64,000 bases of DNA from a virus, in the IMG/VR virus record IMGVR_UViG_3300032213_001531, positions 1 to 64,000 of that record; one strand, given 5' to 3'. The position numbers and the translations under genes are program-made. Positions 8,910-16,935 of this stretch are shown here, in pieces. Below the pieces are notes generated by a model. It had not been told where the DNA came from. It saw only the letters and a list, made by a program, of their open reading frames with translations, and did not search any database. The number at the start of each line of letters is the position of its first letter. Within the stretch, counting starts at the first letter, position 1.

Positions 8910-9059
8910 ATGAAGAAATCAAATAAAAAGGTATCCCAGCATAAAGCTAAAAGAGCCTTAAAGAATAAGAAACGAATTCAAGCAAAGCCTTACAAAAGTA
9001 AGCACGAAACTCGTCTTGAAAAAATACGAGCAGAGATTATGATGGGGGTTTACCGATGA
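8910..9059 (+). CDS. Small highly basic protein (49 aa)
   Basis: Translated by hand; TATCCT 6 nt upstream; ATGA overlap. Confidence 0.55.
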   Translation: MKKSNKKVSQHKAKRALKNKKRIQAKPYKSKHETRLEKIRAEIMMGVYR

Positions 9060-9178
9060 AAAGCATTTATAAATGTGAAGAATGTGCTACTGTCATAACA
9101 ATTGAAACAGAAGTGCATGATCTTCCAGAATCTATCGTTTGTCCTTGTGATCAAATTATGCCAAGCATAGGTGCTTAA
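9056..9178 (+). CDS. Zinc-ribbon mini-protein (40 aa)
   Basis: YKCEEC...CPC; coupled on both sides. Confidence 0.55.
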   Translation: MKSIYKCEECATVITIETEVHDLPESIVCPCDQIMPSIGA

Positions 9179-9385
9179 ATGTGGTCATGGATACTGGCTG
9201 TAATAGGCGTTACAGGCATCTTCCTAGTCGGTAGAAAGACTATATGGGGATGGCTTATACTTTGTGTTAATGAGTGCCTATGGATTGCCTACGCCCTTGC
9301 TACAGACCAGTATGGCTTTATTGCAATGGCTGTAGCCTATGCTGCAGTATATATTAAATCTTTTATGCATTGGAGAAAAGGTTGA
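9179..9385 (+). CDS. PnuC-like small membrane protein (single 3-helix unit)
   Basis: G....G..L.GRK..WGW......LW..Y......YG pattern. Confidence 0.6.
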   Translation: MWSWILAVIGVTGIFLVGRKTIWGWLILCVNECLWIAYALATDQYGFIAMAVAYAAVYIKSFMHWRKG

Positions 9386-9753
9386 GCGTTATTGTAGATA
9401 TTGATGATACCCTGCTAAGAAATGGTACTCAACCAATTCAGCGTGTTATTGATTATGTAAATGCCCTGCCAGGAATAAAAATTATTGTAACTGGAAGAAA
9501 TAAATCTCAAAGATCTGAAACAGTTAGAGCCTTGCATGCTGCTGGTGTTAAGTATAGTAGGCTTATTATGAATCCTGGAAGCTATAAAGATTCGCATAAA
9601 TTTAAAGAAGAAGTTGGTGCCAAACTTGCTTCAAGAGTTACTCTTGCTATAGAAAATAATGCTGATGCTCGTGCTGCATACGCAAAGTCTGGCATTAAAA
9701 CTTTAGATCCCGCAGATATTCCAGATCAAAAAAAGTTTTGGAGTCTTTCTTAA
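9382..9753 (+). CDS. HAD-family phosphatase (polynucleotide kinase phosphatase-like)
   Basis: DIDDTL and VTGR motifs; TTG start after GGAG. Confidence 0.8.
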   Translation: MSVIVDIDDTLLRNGTQPIQRVIDYVNALPGIKIIVTGRNKSQRSETVRALHAAGVKYSRLIMNPGSYKDSHKFKEEVGAKLASRVTLAIENNADARAAYAKSGIKTLDPADIPDQKKFWSLS

Positions 9754-9924
9754 AGTGCGTAATAGTTTTGAGTTTGAAGAATTAGATGAAGATGTTATAT
9801 TAAAAGTACAAACACTTGCTCCAAGTAAATGGCTATTAGTTGATAGAGAAACTGGTCAGGTATATGTTGGAAGTAAGAATGGATATTGGGATAGGTTAGA
9901 ACCTATTATTAAAAAGGAAATTTA

Positions 9925-10338
9925 ATGAATTTTCAATCTGAATCAAAGAAGTCAGGAGATGCTTTTGAAGAACTTGTATATGAAGATCTGGTTAATAGGG
10001 GCTTTGATTATATCCAGCCAAATGTTTATATTGAAGGTGCTGGTTGCGAAGTAGATTTTATTGCTTATGATAGCAAGTATGATCTTGTTGAGTATGTAGA
10101 AGCAAAGGGTGGACTTGATGGTGAAGGTAAAAGGCCAGGGGCTAAGAGAACTGATAATGTTAAAAAAGCTATTGCTAATGGAGCATTAATACAAGCAGTA
10201 GATGTTCGTGCTTACTATGTAGTATATTTTTCATCGGAGCCTAGTGAAGGTTATTCTACTGAAATGATAAATACCGCTTTAAGAAATGACATAATTGATG
10301 AAGTAAGATATTTATTGCCAATTGAGATTGACTTTTAA
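9925..10338 (+). CDS. PD-(D/E)XK nuclease
   Basis: G..FE, EVDFIA and VEAKG motifs. Confidence 0.75.
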   Translation: MNFQSESKKSGDAFEELVYEDLVNRGFDYIQPNVYIEGAGCEVDFIAYDSKYDLVEYVEAKGGLDGEGKRPGAKRTDNVKKAIANGALIQAVDVRAYYVVYFSSEPSEGYSTEMINTALRNDIIDEVRYLLPIEIDF

Positions 10339-10362
10339 CCTTAGAAAGAGTATACTTAGTAT

Positions 10363-10569
10363 ATGATTAACATGGAAATACCAGATCCGTTTCAAGACTT
10401 TTTAGAAAAGAAATATGCAAATTATAAAGGTGCTCGTTGGGATTTCTTTGCTCGTGAGTGGTCGTTTGCATGTGGATGTTGTAAAGAGCCTTTGTTTGCA
10501 CCAACTAAAAAAATTATGACTAAGATTAGATTGTTTCATACACGCAACGAATGTTTAGGAGGTTACTAA
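10363..10569 (+). CDS. Hypothetical Cys/His protein
   Basis: TTGACT-17-TATACT promoter; leaderless. Confidence 0.65.
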   Translation: MINMEIPDPFQDFLEKKYANYKGARWDFFAREWSFACGCCKEPLFAPTKKIMTKIRLFHTRNECLGGY

Positions 10570-10915
10570 TGAAAGTTTTATTTCCAATATTTATGTTTAT
10601 ATCTGGATGGGTAGTTTGTTATATTCAAATGACATATGGAGTTGATCAAGATGGTAGTTAGAATAATTATATGTCCAGTATGTAAAATAGAAATTCAATC
10701 CCGTTCAAGAATGGCAAGCGATACACTAACAAAACATATGAAGGAGCATAAAAATGGATGAAAAAACATTTGATAATGAGTTTTCTGTAACAGATAACGA
10801 AGTACTTGATGAACAATCTAAAGAAAGAGTTGAAAGATTAACTAAAATGATTGTTGAAGATGCTAAACTGTTTGTAGGTAATTCTAAAAAGAAAAGGCAT
10901 AAGCAGTAAAAATAA

Positions 10916-10987
10916 ACCTCTGTAACTCAGTGGAAGAGTGACACCCTTCTAAGGTGTAGGTCGCAGGTTCGAGTCCTGCCAGGGGTA
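10916..10987 (+). tRNA. tRNA-Arg (anticodon TCT)
   Basis: Cloverleaf: ACCTCTG/CAGGGGT acceptor, ACACC-CTTCTAA-GGTGT, GGTTCGAGTCC. Confidence 0.92.
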
Positions 10988-10992
10988 CTCTA

Positions 10993-11066
10993 GCACCAGT
11001 AGCCAAGTTGGTTAAGGCACCGAACTCATAATTCGGCTATCATAGGTTCAAGTCCTATCTGGTGTA
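10993..11066 (+). tRNA. tRNA with CAT anticodon (elongator Met or lysidine Ile)
   Basis: GCACCAG/CTGGTGT acceptor, CCGAA-CTCATAA-TTCGG; lacks the initiator GGG/CCC stem. Confidence 0.9.
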
Positions 11067-11070
11067 CTAA

Positions 11071-11141
11071 GCGAGTGTTGCATAATGGTAGTGCACCATC
11101 CTTCCAAGTTGGTTGTGCCAGTTCGATTCTGGTCACTCGCT
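11071..11141 (+). tRNA. tRNA-Gly (anticodon TCC)
   Basis: GCGAGTG/CACTCGC acceptor, CTTCCAA loop, T discriminator. Confidence 0.9.
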
Positions 11142-11195
11142 CTACGTTAAGCTAAGCAGCTTGACTTTTAACAATGAAAGGTATATAATATAACT

Positions 11196-11384
11196 ATGAC
11201 TAAAGAAGATGCACTAACAATTATGATGAACTCAATCAACGCTGATAACAAAGAATTCTGTATTCAGTCTGGAATGTCTGAAGCAGAAGCTGATAAGAAT
11301 ATAGAGCAAAGCCAAATGAGCCTTGGTCTAATGATGTCCAATATCTATGATAAGCTAGTAGAGGCTAATGTTATAGTGGTATAA
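11196..11384 (+). CDS. Hypothetical protein
   Basis: TTGACT-17-TATAAT promoter (11161-11189); leaderless. Confidence 0.7.
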   Translation: MTKEDALTIMMNSINADNKEFCIQSGMSEAEADKNIEQSQMSLGLMMSNIYDKLVEANVIVV

Positions 11385-11391
11385 TAACTTT

Positions 11392-11559
11392 ATGGGACGT
11401 AATCATTTTTCTAAAACCTTTGCTTCACCTTACTTTCAGAGTAGCTATTATAAGAATGAGACTAGTGGTGGTAAAGCAGAACAAAAAATAGAACAATGGT
11501 TTAAAAATGTATTTAGACTAAAAAAATATAAGACTGAGAAAAAAGATTTAGATTCTTAG
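11392..11559 (+). CDS. Small basic protein (55 aa); last gene of the + block
   Basis: Translated by hand; TGGTATAAT just upstream. Confidence 0.5.
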   Translation: MGRNHFSKTFASPYFQSSYYKNETSGGKAEQKIEQWFKNVFRLKKYKTEKKDLDS

Positions 11560-11693
11560 TCTTTATTTTTTTGTGGATGCTTTGGTTCATATGGAGCAAT
11601 CTTAGCTTTGATTCTTCCATCTTTATATAGTCTAACAATCCATCCATCTTTGATCTGGGTTGAATTAAATGATTGAGATTTCTTTTTTGCCAT
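11556..11693 (-). CDS. Small basic protein (45 aa, MAKKKSQSFNSTQIKDGWIVRL...)
   Basis: TAATG coupling with the upstream gene. Confidence 0.6.
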   Translation of the reverse strand: MAKKKSQSFNSTQIKDGWIVRLYKDGRIKAKIAPYEPKHPQKNKD

Positions 11694-12853
11694 TATCTAA
11701 ATAACCTATCTGTTCTAGTTTCTCTTGTAAAATCTTTTCCAAAATCAGAAAATAGTGCCTTATCCTTTTCACGATTAACAATTCCTCTTGACCAAGAGAA
11801 TCCAGCATCTCCGCCCCATGCTAACCACATAATATAACCATTAGATGGGTTTGCTGTATTGCCCCAGTCTTTACCCTTCTTATCTACTTCATGACGTGAG
11901 AAGTATGAGTACATTCTTTTAACAGTACTAAGAGATAAAGTTTCTCCTCTTGCTAACTGCCCTGCACGAGTCCAACCAACTGCTGTTCCTGCACCAGTAG
12001 CCTTTCCATCTTCTTTAAATTTAATTGCTCTACGAGCAGCAGATCTTGCCCCTGCGGGTGGCGAGTATCCATCAGCTTTAGATACTTTAATTTCATCTTC
12101 ATAATCTTCTAAACTAATATTTGGCATGTCAATTCTAGCAATATCAGACATGAGTGCTCCAATTGAATAAGGTGTGTAATAGTATACGCCGTCGTCTTCT
12201 TCTAACATTCTTACGGCAACTGCTGGATTTTCTGGTGTAGACTCAACTGCATATGGATTTCCTGGTTGACCATAAGTTCCACCTTCAAGCATTACATGTT
12301 CAACTTGACCAATAACAGGTCCTTCAGTTGTCATGGCAATAACAAAATCACCTTCTACAATTGGATTATCCATTTTGGCTACTGGAATACAGTTAGGAAC
12401 CATGCGACCATTATCTCCTGGCTTCATACCACGCTGAGTGTATCCATCCCAACATGGTGCTTGCTTTTCTATATCTGGACAACATTCTGATTTACCCATT
12501 TGTGAATCAAACATGGCCATTTGGGTTTCTGCATCTAAACCACTACATAGAGGACAACCCGCACAAGAAATTTGTTGTTCTTCACACATATCACATTCAC
12601 AGCCTTGGTAAGTATTTGTAGGCATTATAGGATTTTCTGGCAATGGCGCTTCTGCTTTTCCAAATGCTGAGCCAGCCCAAACATCTACGCCAGGCTTATT
12701 ATGTATTCCTGATCCAGTAGGTCTTCCTTGATTAACATTCATATACTGTGGTTTTTTCATCCCAACAGATGGATTAATATGAGGTGATGGATTAGCTGGT
12801 TCTGGATCTGTTACAACAGCATTATAAGCTACATCCATTGGAGTATCTGACAT
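11693..12853 (-). CDS. Multi-module protein, possibly head-associated or internal
   Basis: CWDGY...VPNC motif, SH3/Tudor-like middle, C-terminal GT.VG..RA.QLA...RM.SYFSRH...W..WGG domain recalled from phage head-associated proteins. Confidence 0.65.
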   Translation of the reverse strand: MSDTPMDVAYNAVVTDPEPANPSPHINPSVGMKKPQYMNVNQGRPTGSGIHNKPGVDVWAGSAFGKAEAPLPENPIMPTNTYQGCECDMCEEQQISCAGCPLCSGLDAETQMAMFDSQMGKSECCPDIEKQAPCWDGYTQRGMKPGDNGRMVPNCIPVAKMDNPIVEGDFVIAMTTEGPVIGQVEHVMLEGGTYGQPGNPYAVESTPENPAVAVRMLEEDDGVYYYTPYSIGALMSDIARIDMPNISLEDYEDEIKVSKADGYSPPAGARSAARRAIKFKEDGKATGAGTAVGWTRAGQLARGETLSLSTVKRMYSYFSRHEVDKKGKDWGNTANPSNGYIMWLAWGGDAGFSWSRGIVNREKDKALFSDFGKDFTRETRTDRLFR

Positions 12854-13302
12854 TAGTCTTGCTCAACCTCTTTAAGAGATGCAGACAACATCCAATGCCA
12901 TCTTTGATGCATATCCATGCGCTCTGCAAAGAAGTTTGCAAGGGCATGCTGTCTACTTGCTGTAGCCATCTCAACTGCATCCATAAGCTTTGATAAAACC
13001 ATATCGTTTGCCATTAAAAGATCTGCTGCCATCATCATTGGATCAGAAGTAACTTCTGGCTCTCCAACTTCATTTAGTTCAATAAAGCGAGATAGTTTGA
13101 ATGGAGCATAAGCATCTAACTTACGAAGCCATTCTGCATAAGCATCTGTTGCTGACTCATAGTCTGCATAGATATCTCCAAAGAATGAGTGGAATTGAGG
13201 GAAATCGTCACCTTCTACATTCCAATGATATCCATGAGACTTTAGCTTAAGGGTAATATTATCTGCAAGCAGCACTTTTAATAGGTTAATTAGTTCAATC
13301 AC
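12853..13302 (-). CDS. dps: Dps/ferritin-like DNA-protection protein
   Basis: HWNVEG..F...H..F, D..AE..R.L and H....WML motifs. Confidence 0.92.
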   Translation of the reverse strand: MIELINLLKVLLADNITLKLKSHGYHWNVEGDDFPQFHSFFGDIYADYESATDAYAEWLRKLDAYAPFKLSRFIELNEVGEPEVTSDPMMMAADLLMANDMVLSKLMDAVEMATASRQHALANFFAERMDMHQRWHWMLSASLKEVEQD

Positions 13303-13324
13303 CTTATTATTATAGCATAAGAAA

Positions 13325-13443
13325 TGAGCAGTTTATAGACGACTGCTCAGGTCTATTAGCCACGAAGATTCAACTCCTGCCAACTCTCCCGTCAGGGGGA
13401 GCATCCGTTGCCAAAACTTTCTTAAGGTCTTATTAGCGGAATG
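13325..13443 (-). ncRNA. Putative structured small RNA ending in an H-type pseudoknot
   Basis: Own TATAAT at 13450-13455; three hairpins, then TAGAC/GTCTA plus TGAGCAGT/ACTGCTCA. Confidence 0.55.
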
Positions 13444-13458
13444 TTAACCATTATACTA

Positions 13459-14505
13459 CTATTTTGAACTTATTTCTGCTACCCTTGCCTTTGAAAACTT
13501 AAGCATAGCGCTTCTGATTGGAGAGTATCCAAGGTCTTCAGCCTTCTTGCCACAAGTATCAAGCATAAAGTTAAAGAACTTTTTTACTGAATCATTCTTA
13601 GAGTTCTTTTCTTTATATGCTATTCCATATGTAAAAGTAGATATGTTATAAGATAGTTTATTAGGATTTTTATAGTTTATTTTAACTGCCCCGCTTTTAT
13701 CTGGAATAAAGTCTCCAAGGAATACTGATGCTGCTGAAACAGTTGGCTGCATAAATCTACCAGCCTCATTTTCAACTGAAATTGTTTTAAGATCTCTTGC
13801 ATATGATATTTCATTGTATCCAATAGACCCATTTGTTGTTCCCTGAACCATTGCAACTCCATTAGAGCCAGAAGCAGAGTTCATATAGACACCCTTGCTT
13901 ATGTCTCCAGGAAATGCATTGGCAAAGTTTTTGTTTCCTGGCTTTGTCCAGATTGTTGGAGCAACAGCATTAAGGTATGACGTAAAAACTTCTGATGTTC
14001 CAGAGCCATCAATGCGATATACAACTCTGATCTTTGTTGCTGGTATCTTAGGTAGTCTTGTTCCTATTAAGTTTTCTTTTAATATTTGTGGATCATTCCA
14101 CATAGTTATTTGTCCCGCAAAAACTTTAGCAAGTGTATCTTTGCTCATCTTAATTGTTATTTTATAGCCATCAAGTTTATAAATAATACCTACTGGGCCT
14201 GCAACCAAAGGAACATAAACAAATTCTTTTTGTGGTTTAATTTCTGATGCTGAGTACGGAACATCTGACATAGCAAAGTCCATTACTCCATTTGTAAGCA
14301 TATTTTTCCCAGCACCAGAACCAATGGCATTATAGCCAACAGAGTCTGCTCCTGATTTAGTAAATTCGATTCTACATCTGTCTATAAAATTAGCAGCAAA
14401 TGAGGATCCAGCACCTTGAAGGTTATCAGCATGTGAAGTAGTAATAAAAAAAGCATTGGATATTATTGCCAATGCTATGGGTAAAACAATGAATTTAGAT
14501 TTCAT
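13459..14505 (-). CDS. pstS: Phosphate ABC transporter substrate-binding protein
   Basis: Signal peptide; GAGSSF, Y...GSGAG, DFAMSD and R.DGSGTS motifs. Confidence 0.93.
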   Translation of the reverse strand: MKSKFIVLPIALAIISNAFFITTSHADNLQGAGSSFAANFIDRCRIEFTKSGADSVGYNAIGSGAGKNMLTNGVMDFAMSDVPYSASEIKPQKEFVYVPLVAGPVGIIYKLDGYKITIKMSKDTLAKVFAGQITMWNDPQILKENLIGTRLPKIPATKIRVVYRIDGSGTSEVFTSYLNAVAPTIWTKPGNKNFANAFPGDISKGVYMNSASGSNGVAMVQGTTNGSIGYNEISYARDLKTISVENEAGRFMQPTVSAASVFLGDFIPDKSGAVKINYKNPNKLSYNISTFTYGIAYKEKNSKNDSVKKFFNFMLDTCGKKAEDLGYSPIRSAMLKFSKARVAEISSK

Positions 14506-14544
14506 AATTATATTGTATCGTGTTCAAGTCTATATTCTTAGTAA

Positions 14545-14577
14545 AATTGGTTAACGCAATCATAACTTTGAGTGAAT
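14545..14577 (-). promoter_or_regulatory. Candidate PHO box (11-nt direct repeats) upstream of pstS
   Basis: ATTCACTCAAA / GTTATGATTGC / GTTAACCAATT; resembles actinobacterial GTTCACC units; -10 TACAAT at 14512-14517. Confidence 0.45.
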
Positions 14578-14579
14578 AA

Positions 14580-14655
14580 TGAGCCTTTTAAACACATGCT
14601 CAGGTGTATCTTGTGTGCTTCCTACACTTTCCCAAATGTCCACCGACACACAAGA
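14580..14655 (-). other. Structured 3' UTR of the Hsp20 gene: long hairpin plus H-type pseudoknot
   Basis: TCTTGTGTG/CACACAAGA stem; ACAC-CTGAGCAT-GTGT-TTAAAA-GGCTCA. Confidence 0.55.
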
Positions 14656-14658
14656 ATG

Positions 14659-15072
14659 TTAGTTGATAGTAATAGTTTTAGGCTTCTTATCTTCAGGAAC
14701 AATACGATCTACGTTAATATGTAGCATACCATCCTTCATTTCAGCCCCAGTTACTTCCATATACTCTCCAAGAGCAAATGATCGTACAAACTTACGACCA
14801 GCAATGCCTTTGTGAACTACTTCAGCATCTGTTACTTCTAAAATCTCTCCCTTAATAATAAGAGTTCTATTGTCTACTGAAACATCAATGTCTTCCCTGG
14901 AAAATCCAGCAATAGCTAACGAAATCCTGTATGTATCTTCATCTAATCTAAGAAGATCATAAGGTGGATATGAGTGTGAATTTGTTTTATGTGCATTATT
15001 AAGACGGCCTAACTCTCTGTTAAAGCCAATAAAAAAAGGATCATTAAATAGATCCAGGGTTGTTGTTACCAT
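14659..15072 (-). CDS. Small heat-shock protein (Hsp20/IbpA-like)
   Basis: YPPYD, LAIAGFS, H.GIA.R.F.RSF.L and DGML motifs. Confidence 0.93.
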   Translation of the reverse strand: MVTTTLDLFNDPFFIGFNRELGRLNNAHKTNSHSYPPYDLLRLDEDTYRISLAIAGFSREDIDVSVDNRTLIIKGEILEVTDAEVVHKGIAGRKFVRSFALGEYMEVTGAEMKDGMLHINVDRIVPEDKKPKTITIN

Positions 15073-15121
15073 GTTATTCCCCTTTCAAGCGAATAAATTA
15101 ATGTACCCCCGTAGGCAGTAC
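15070..15121 (-). promoter_or_regulatory. ROSE-like RNA thermometer in the Hsp20 5' UTR
   Basis: TTATTCGCTT-GAA-AGGGGAATAA hairpin pairs UCGCU with the SD; upstream GTAC..GTAC hairpin; TTGACT-17-TATAAT promoter. Confidence 0.6.
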
Positions 15122-15140
15122 AATAATATTATAGCATAGA

Positions 15141-15171
15141 AAAACAGGCCAGTCAAATGCCCTGACCTGTC
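15141..15171 (-). terminator. Intrinsic terminator after the holin gene
   Basis: ACAGGTCAG/CTGGCCTGT stem followed by a T tract. Confidence 0.65.
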
Positions 15172-15182
15172 AATCTAATTAA

Positions 15183-15449
15183 TTACTTCTTAGCTGCTGG
15201 CTTCTTCGCTGCAGCCTTTTTAACCACCTTGGCAGTCTTTAGTACAGAATCTACTTCTGCTACTGCAGGAAGGCGCCCAAAGGCCTTGTCATTAGGGTTG
15301 ATTGCTCTCAATGCAACGGGCGCAACTGCTGCCAGTAGTGAGTATGCAAGCGTCTTAGGATCCGTAACCCCAGACATGTATAGGGCAAGTCCTGCACCAA
15401 GTACAGATCTTCCGTATGATGCTAGTAGTGCTTTAATTTGTTCATTCAT
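15183..15449 (-). CDS. Holin-like membrane protein
   Basis: SY.RS.L, two hydrophobic segments, LRA.NP.D..FG, basic tail; AGGAGG RBS. Confidence 0.65.
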   Translation of the reverse strand: MNEQIKALLASYGRSVLGAGLALYMSGVTDPKTLAYSLLAAVAPVALRAINPNDKAFGRLPAVAEVDSVLKTAKVVKKAAAKKPAAKK

Positions 15450-15459
15450 TTTATTCCTC

Positions 15460-15618
15460 CTAGGATATGAATTTGGTTAGTACTGTAAAGCCAATCCATA
15501 AACCAATAATTCCTGCGACTCCCGCAAAAACTGGTGGTGCTGGTACTGGCAATTTGAATGCAGCAAATACTACGCCACATCCAAAACCTGTTAGTATTGA
15601 TAGAATAATATCTTTCAT
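15460..15618 (-). CDS. XapX/DUF1427-like small membrane protein (52 aa), not in the ORF track
   Basis: G...G.VF...KLPVPAPP..AG..GI.G. Confidence 0.75.
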   Translation of the reverse strand: MKDIILSILTGFGCGVVFAAFKLPVPAPPVFAGVAGIIGLWIGFTVLTKFIS

Positions 15619-15779
15619 TGATATTCCTTTTCTGATAACTCTTTATAATGGTTTAAACATACATCAACAATCTTGGTAGATGCCCCGTATATCTTTTCTG
15701 CCTCAAGATCACAACCCAATACATGGCAAGAATAAAAAGCATCGTATGCCAAATCTTCGTATGACTTGAATCTTATCAT
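15615..15779 (-). CDS. Small Cys/His protein (54 aa)
   Basis: Translated by hand; ATGA overlaps at both ends. Confidence 0.55.
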   Translation of the reverse strand: MIRFKSYEDLAYDAFYSCHVLGCDLEAEKIYGASTKIVDVCLNHYKELSEKEYQ

Positions 15780-16195
15780 GTATCTAGTTTACCATAGTCC
15801 TCTGGCAAAATAGACTTGATGCCTTTATACCCCTCAATTATGCATAATCTTTGCTCTTCAAGCAGGATTGGTGGTGAGTATTTTTCTAAATATTCAACAA
15901 TTGGACCAACATTATTGATAAAATTATCAACCTTCTCTTGGGTTGCCTCAATATAACTAAATGCCCAGTCACGAGATTGAGAAACAAATGTTAAAAAATC
16001 GTCATTTTGTTCTAATTTTAAATTTTCTTTTTCAATTAAAGCTAAGTTTAATTGCTCAGCAACAATATTTCGTTCAAGGTAGGCTTGCAGTGCATCATAG
16101 ACTAAAGACATATTCTTTGCTCTTAGTCTAACTACGCTTGACATTAAATAAATTATAGTGCTTACGATTAAAACATAAATTATAAAATCAAACAT
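15776..16195 (-). CDS. Membrane-anchored coiled-coil protein
   Basis: N-terminal TM segment; SRDWAF.YIE motif. Confidence 0.7.
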   Translation of the reverse strand: MFDFIIYVLIVSTIIYLMSSVVRLRAKNMSLVYDALQAYLERNIVAEQLNLALIEKENLKLEQNDDFLTFVSQSRDWAFSYIEATQEKVDNFINNVGPIVEYLEKYSPPILLEEQRLCIIEGYKGIKSILPEDYGKLDT

Positions 16196-16431
16196 TATTC
16201 CTCTTTCCCTCCCTCACGAACTAACAATACTATTGCACCATTCATCTCTAATGCTTTTTTAACTCTAATCATATATTCAACAGCAATTCTTTTATCTTCT
16301 CCATTTAAAGAAAAGAAATCTTTTTCACTTGCCTTAACAGTAATAAAGTTATCATGATCAACTAAAGTGACTTTAAAGTTTTTGGGAGGTTGAATAGATC
16401 TAAAAGCTCTTTTCATATCATCAGTGTACAT
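16195..16431 (-). CDS. Hypothetical protein
   Basis: Coupled ORF. Confidence 0.7.
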   Translation of the reverse strand: MYTDDMKRAFRSIQPPKNFKVTLVDHDNFITVKASEKDFFSLNGEDKRIAVEYMIRVKKALEMNGAIVLLVREGGKEE

Positions 16432-16433
16432 CG

Positions 16434-16715
16434 TTACCCCATTGTTAGTGACTGCCAGATACCTGCCCAGTCTTTTTTAGTCTTATGGCTATTAAATTCT
16501 TTAGATATGTTTCCATTTTCTATATAAATTCCGCCCCAAACTCCCCACTCTTTTTGAGAAACTCCAACAGCAAAGCATTGCTTTTTTACTGGACAAGAAG
16601 AACAAAGGTTATCAATAGCTAAGCGTAGATCAACCTCTTCTTCATATTTGTCAAAGAATAAGTTTGTGTCATACTCAAAACAAGCAGCATCTTCTTTCCA
16701 TTTATGCTTATTCAT
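16434..16715 (-). CDS. whiB: WhiB-family transcription factor
   Basis: W...A.C, FF, C..CPV...C and GVWGG motifs. Confidence 0.92.
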   Translation of the reverse strand: MNKHKWKEDAACFEYDTNLFFDKYEEEVDLRLAIDNLCSSCPVKKQCFAVGVSQKEWGVWGGIYIENGNISKEFNSHKTKKDWAGIWQSLTMG

Positions 16716-16926
16716 TATTTCTAACAAACTTATCGGGGATATTCCAACCAGACTCTGTTACTGGAAACTTTTTTTGCAAATACCATTTGCCTTTTACGAG
16801 TACACCATCTTTAGATGTTCTTCCAGATTCTGACATGTAGCGATTAATCACTGTCCATCCATCCCATATTAGAGATTTGTTGGATGCAACGATTGACTCC
16901 ATCTTTTCTAATGACTTGATATTCAT
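16708..16926 (-). CDS. Hypothetical protein
   Basis: AAGGA RBS; WDGW motif. Confidence 0.7.
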   Translation of the reverse strand: MNIKSLEKMESIVASNKSLIWDGWTVINRYMSESGRTSKDGVLVKGKWYLQKKFPVTESGWNIPDKFVRNNE

Positions 16927-16935
16927 TTTATTCCT

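Noticed and set aside
13325-13355. Pistol, hammerhead or preQ1 identity for the pseudoknot
   Set aside because: Only the stem, loop-pairing and A-rich linker topology is shared. I could not find the catalytic or ligand-binding cores.
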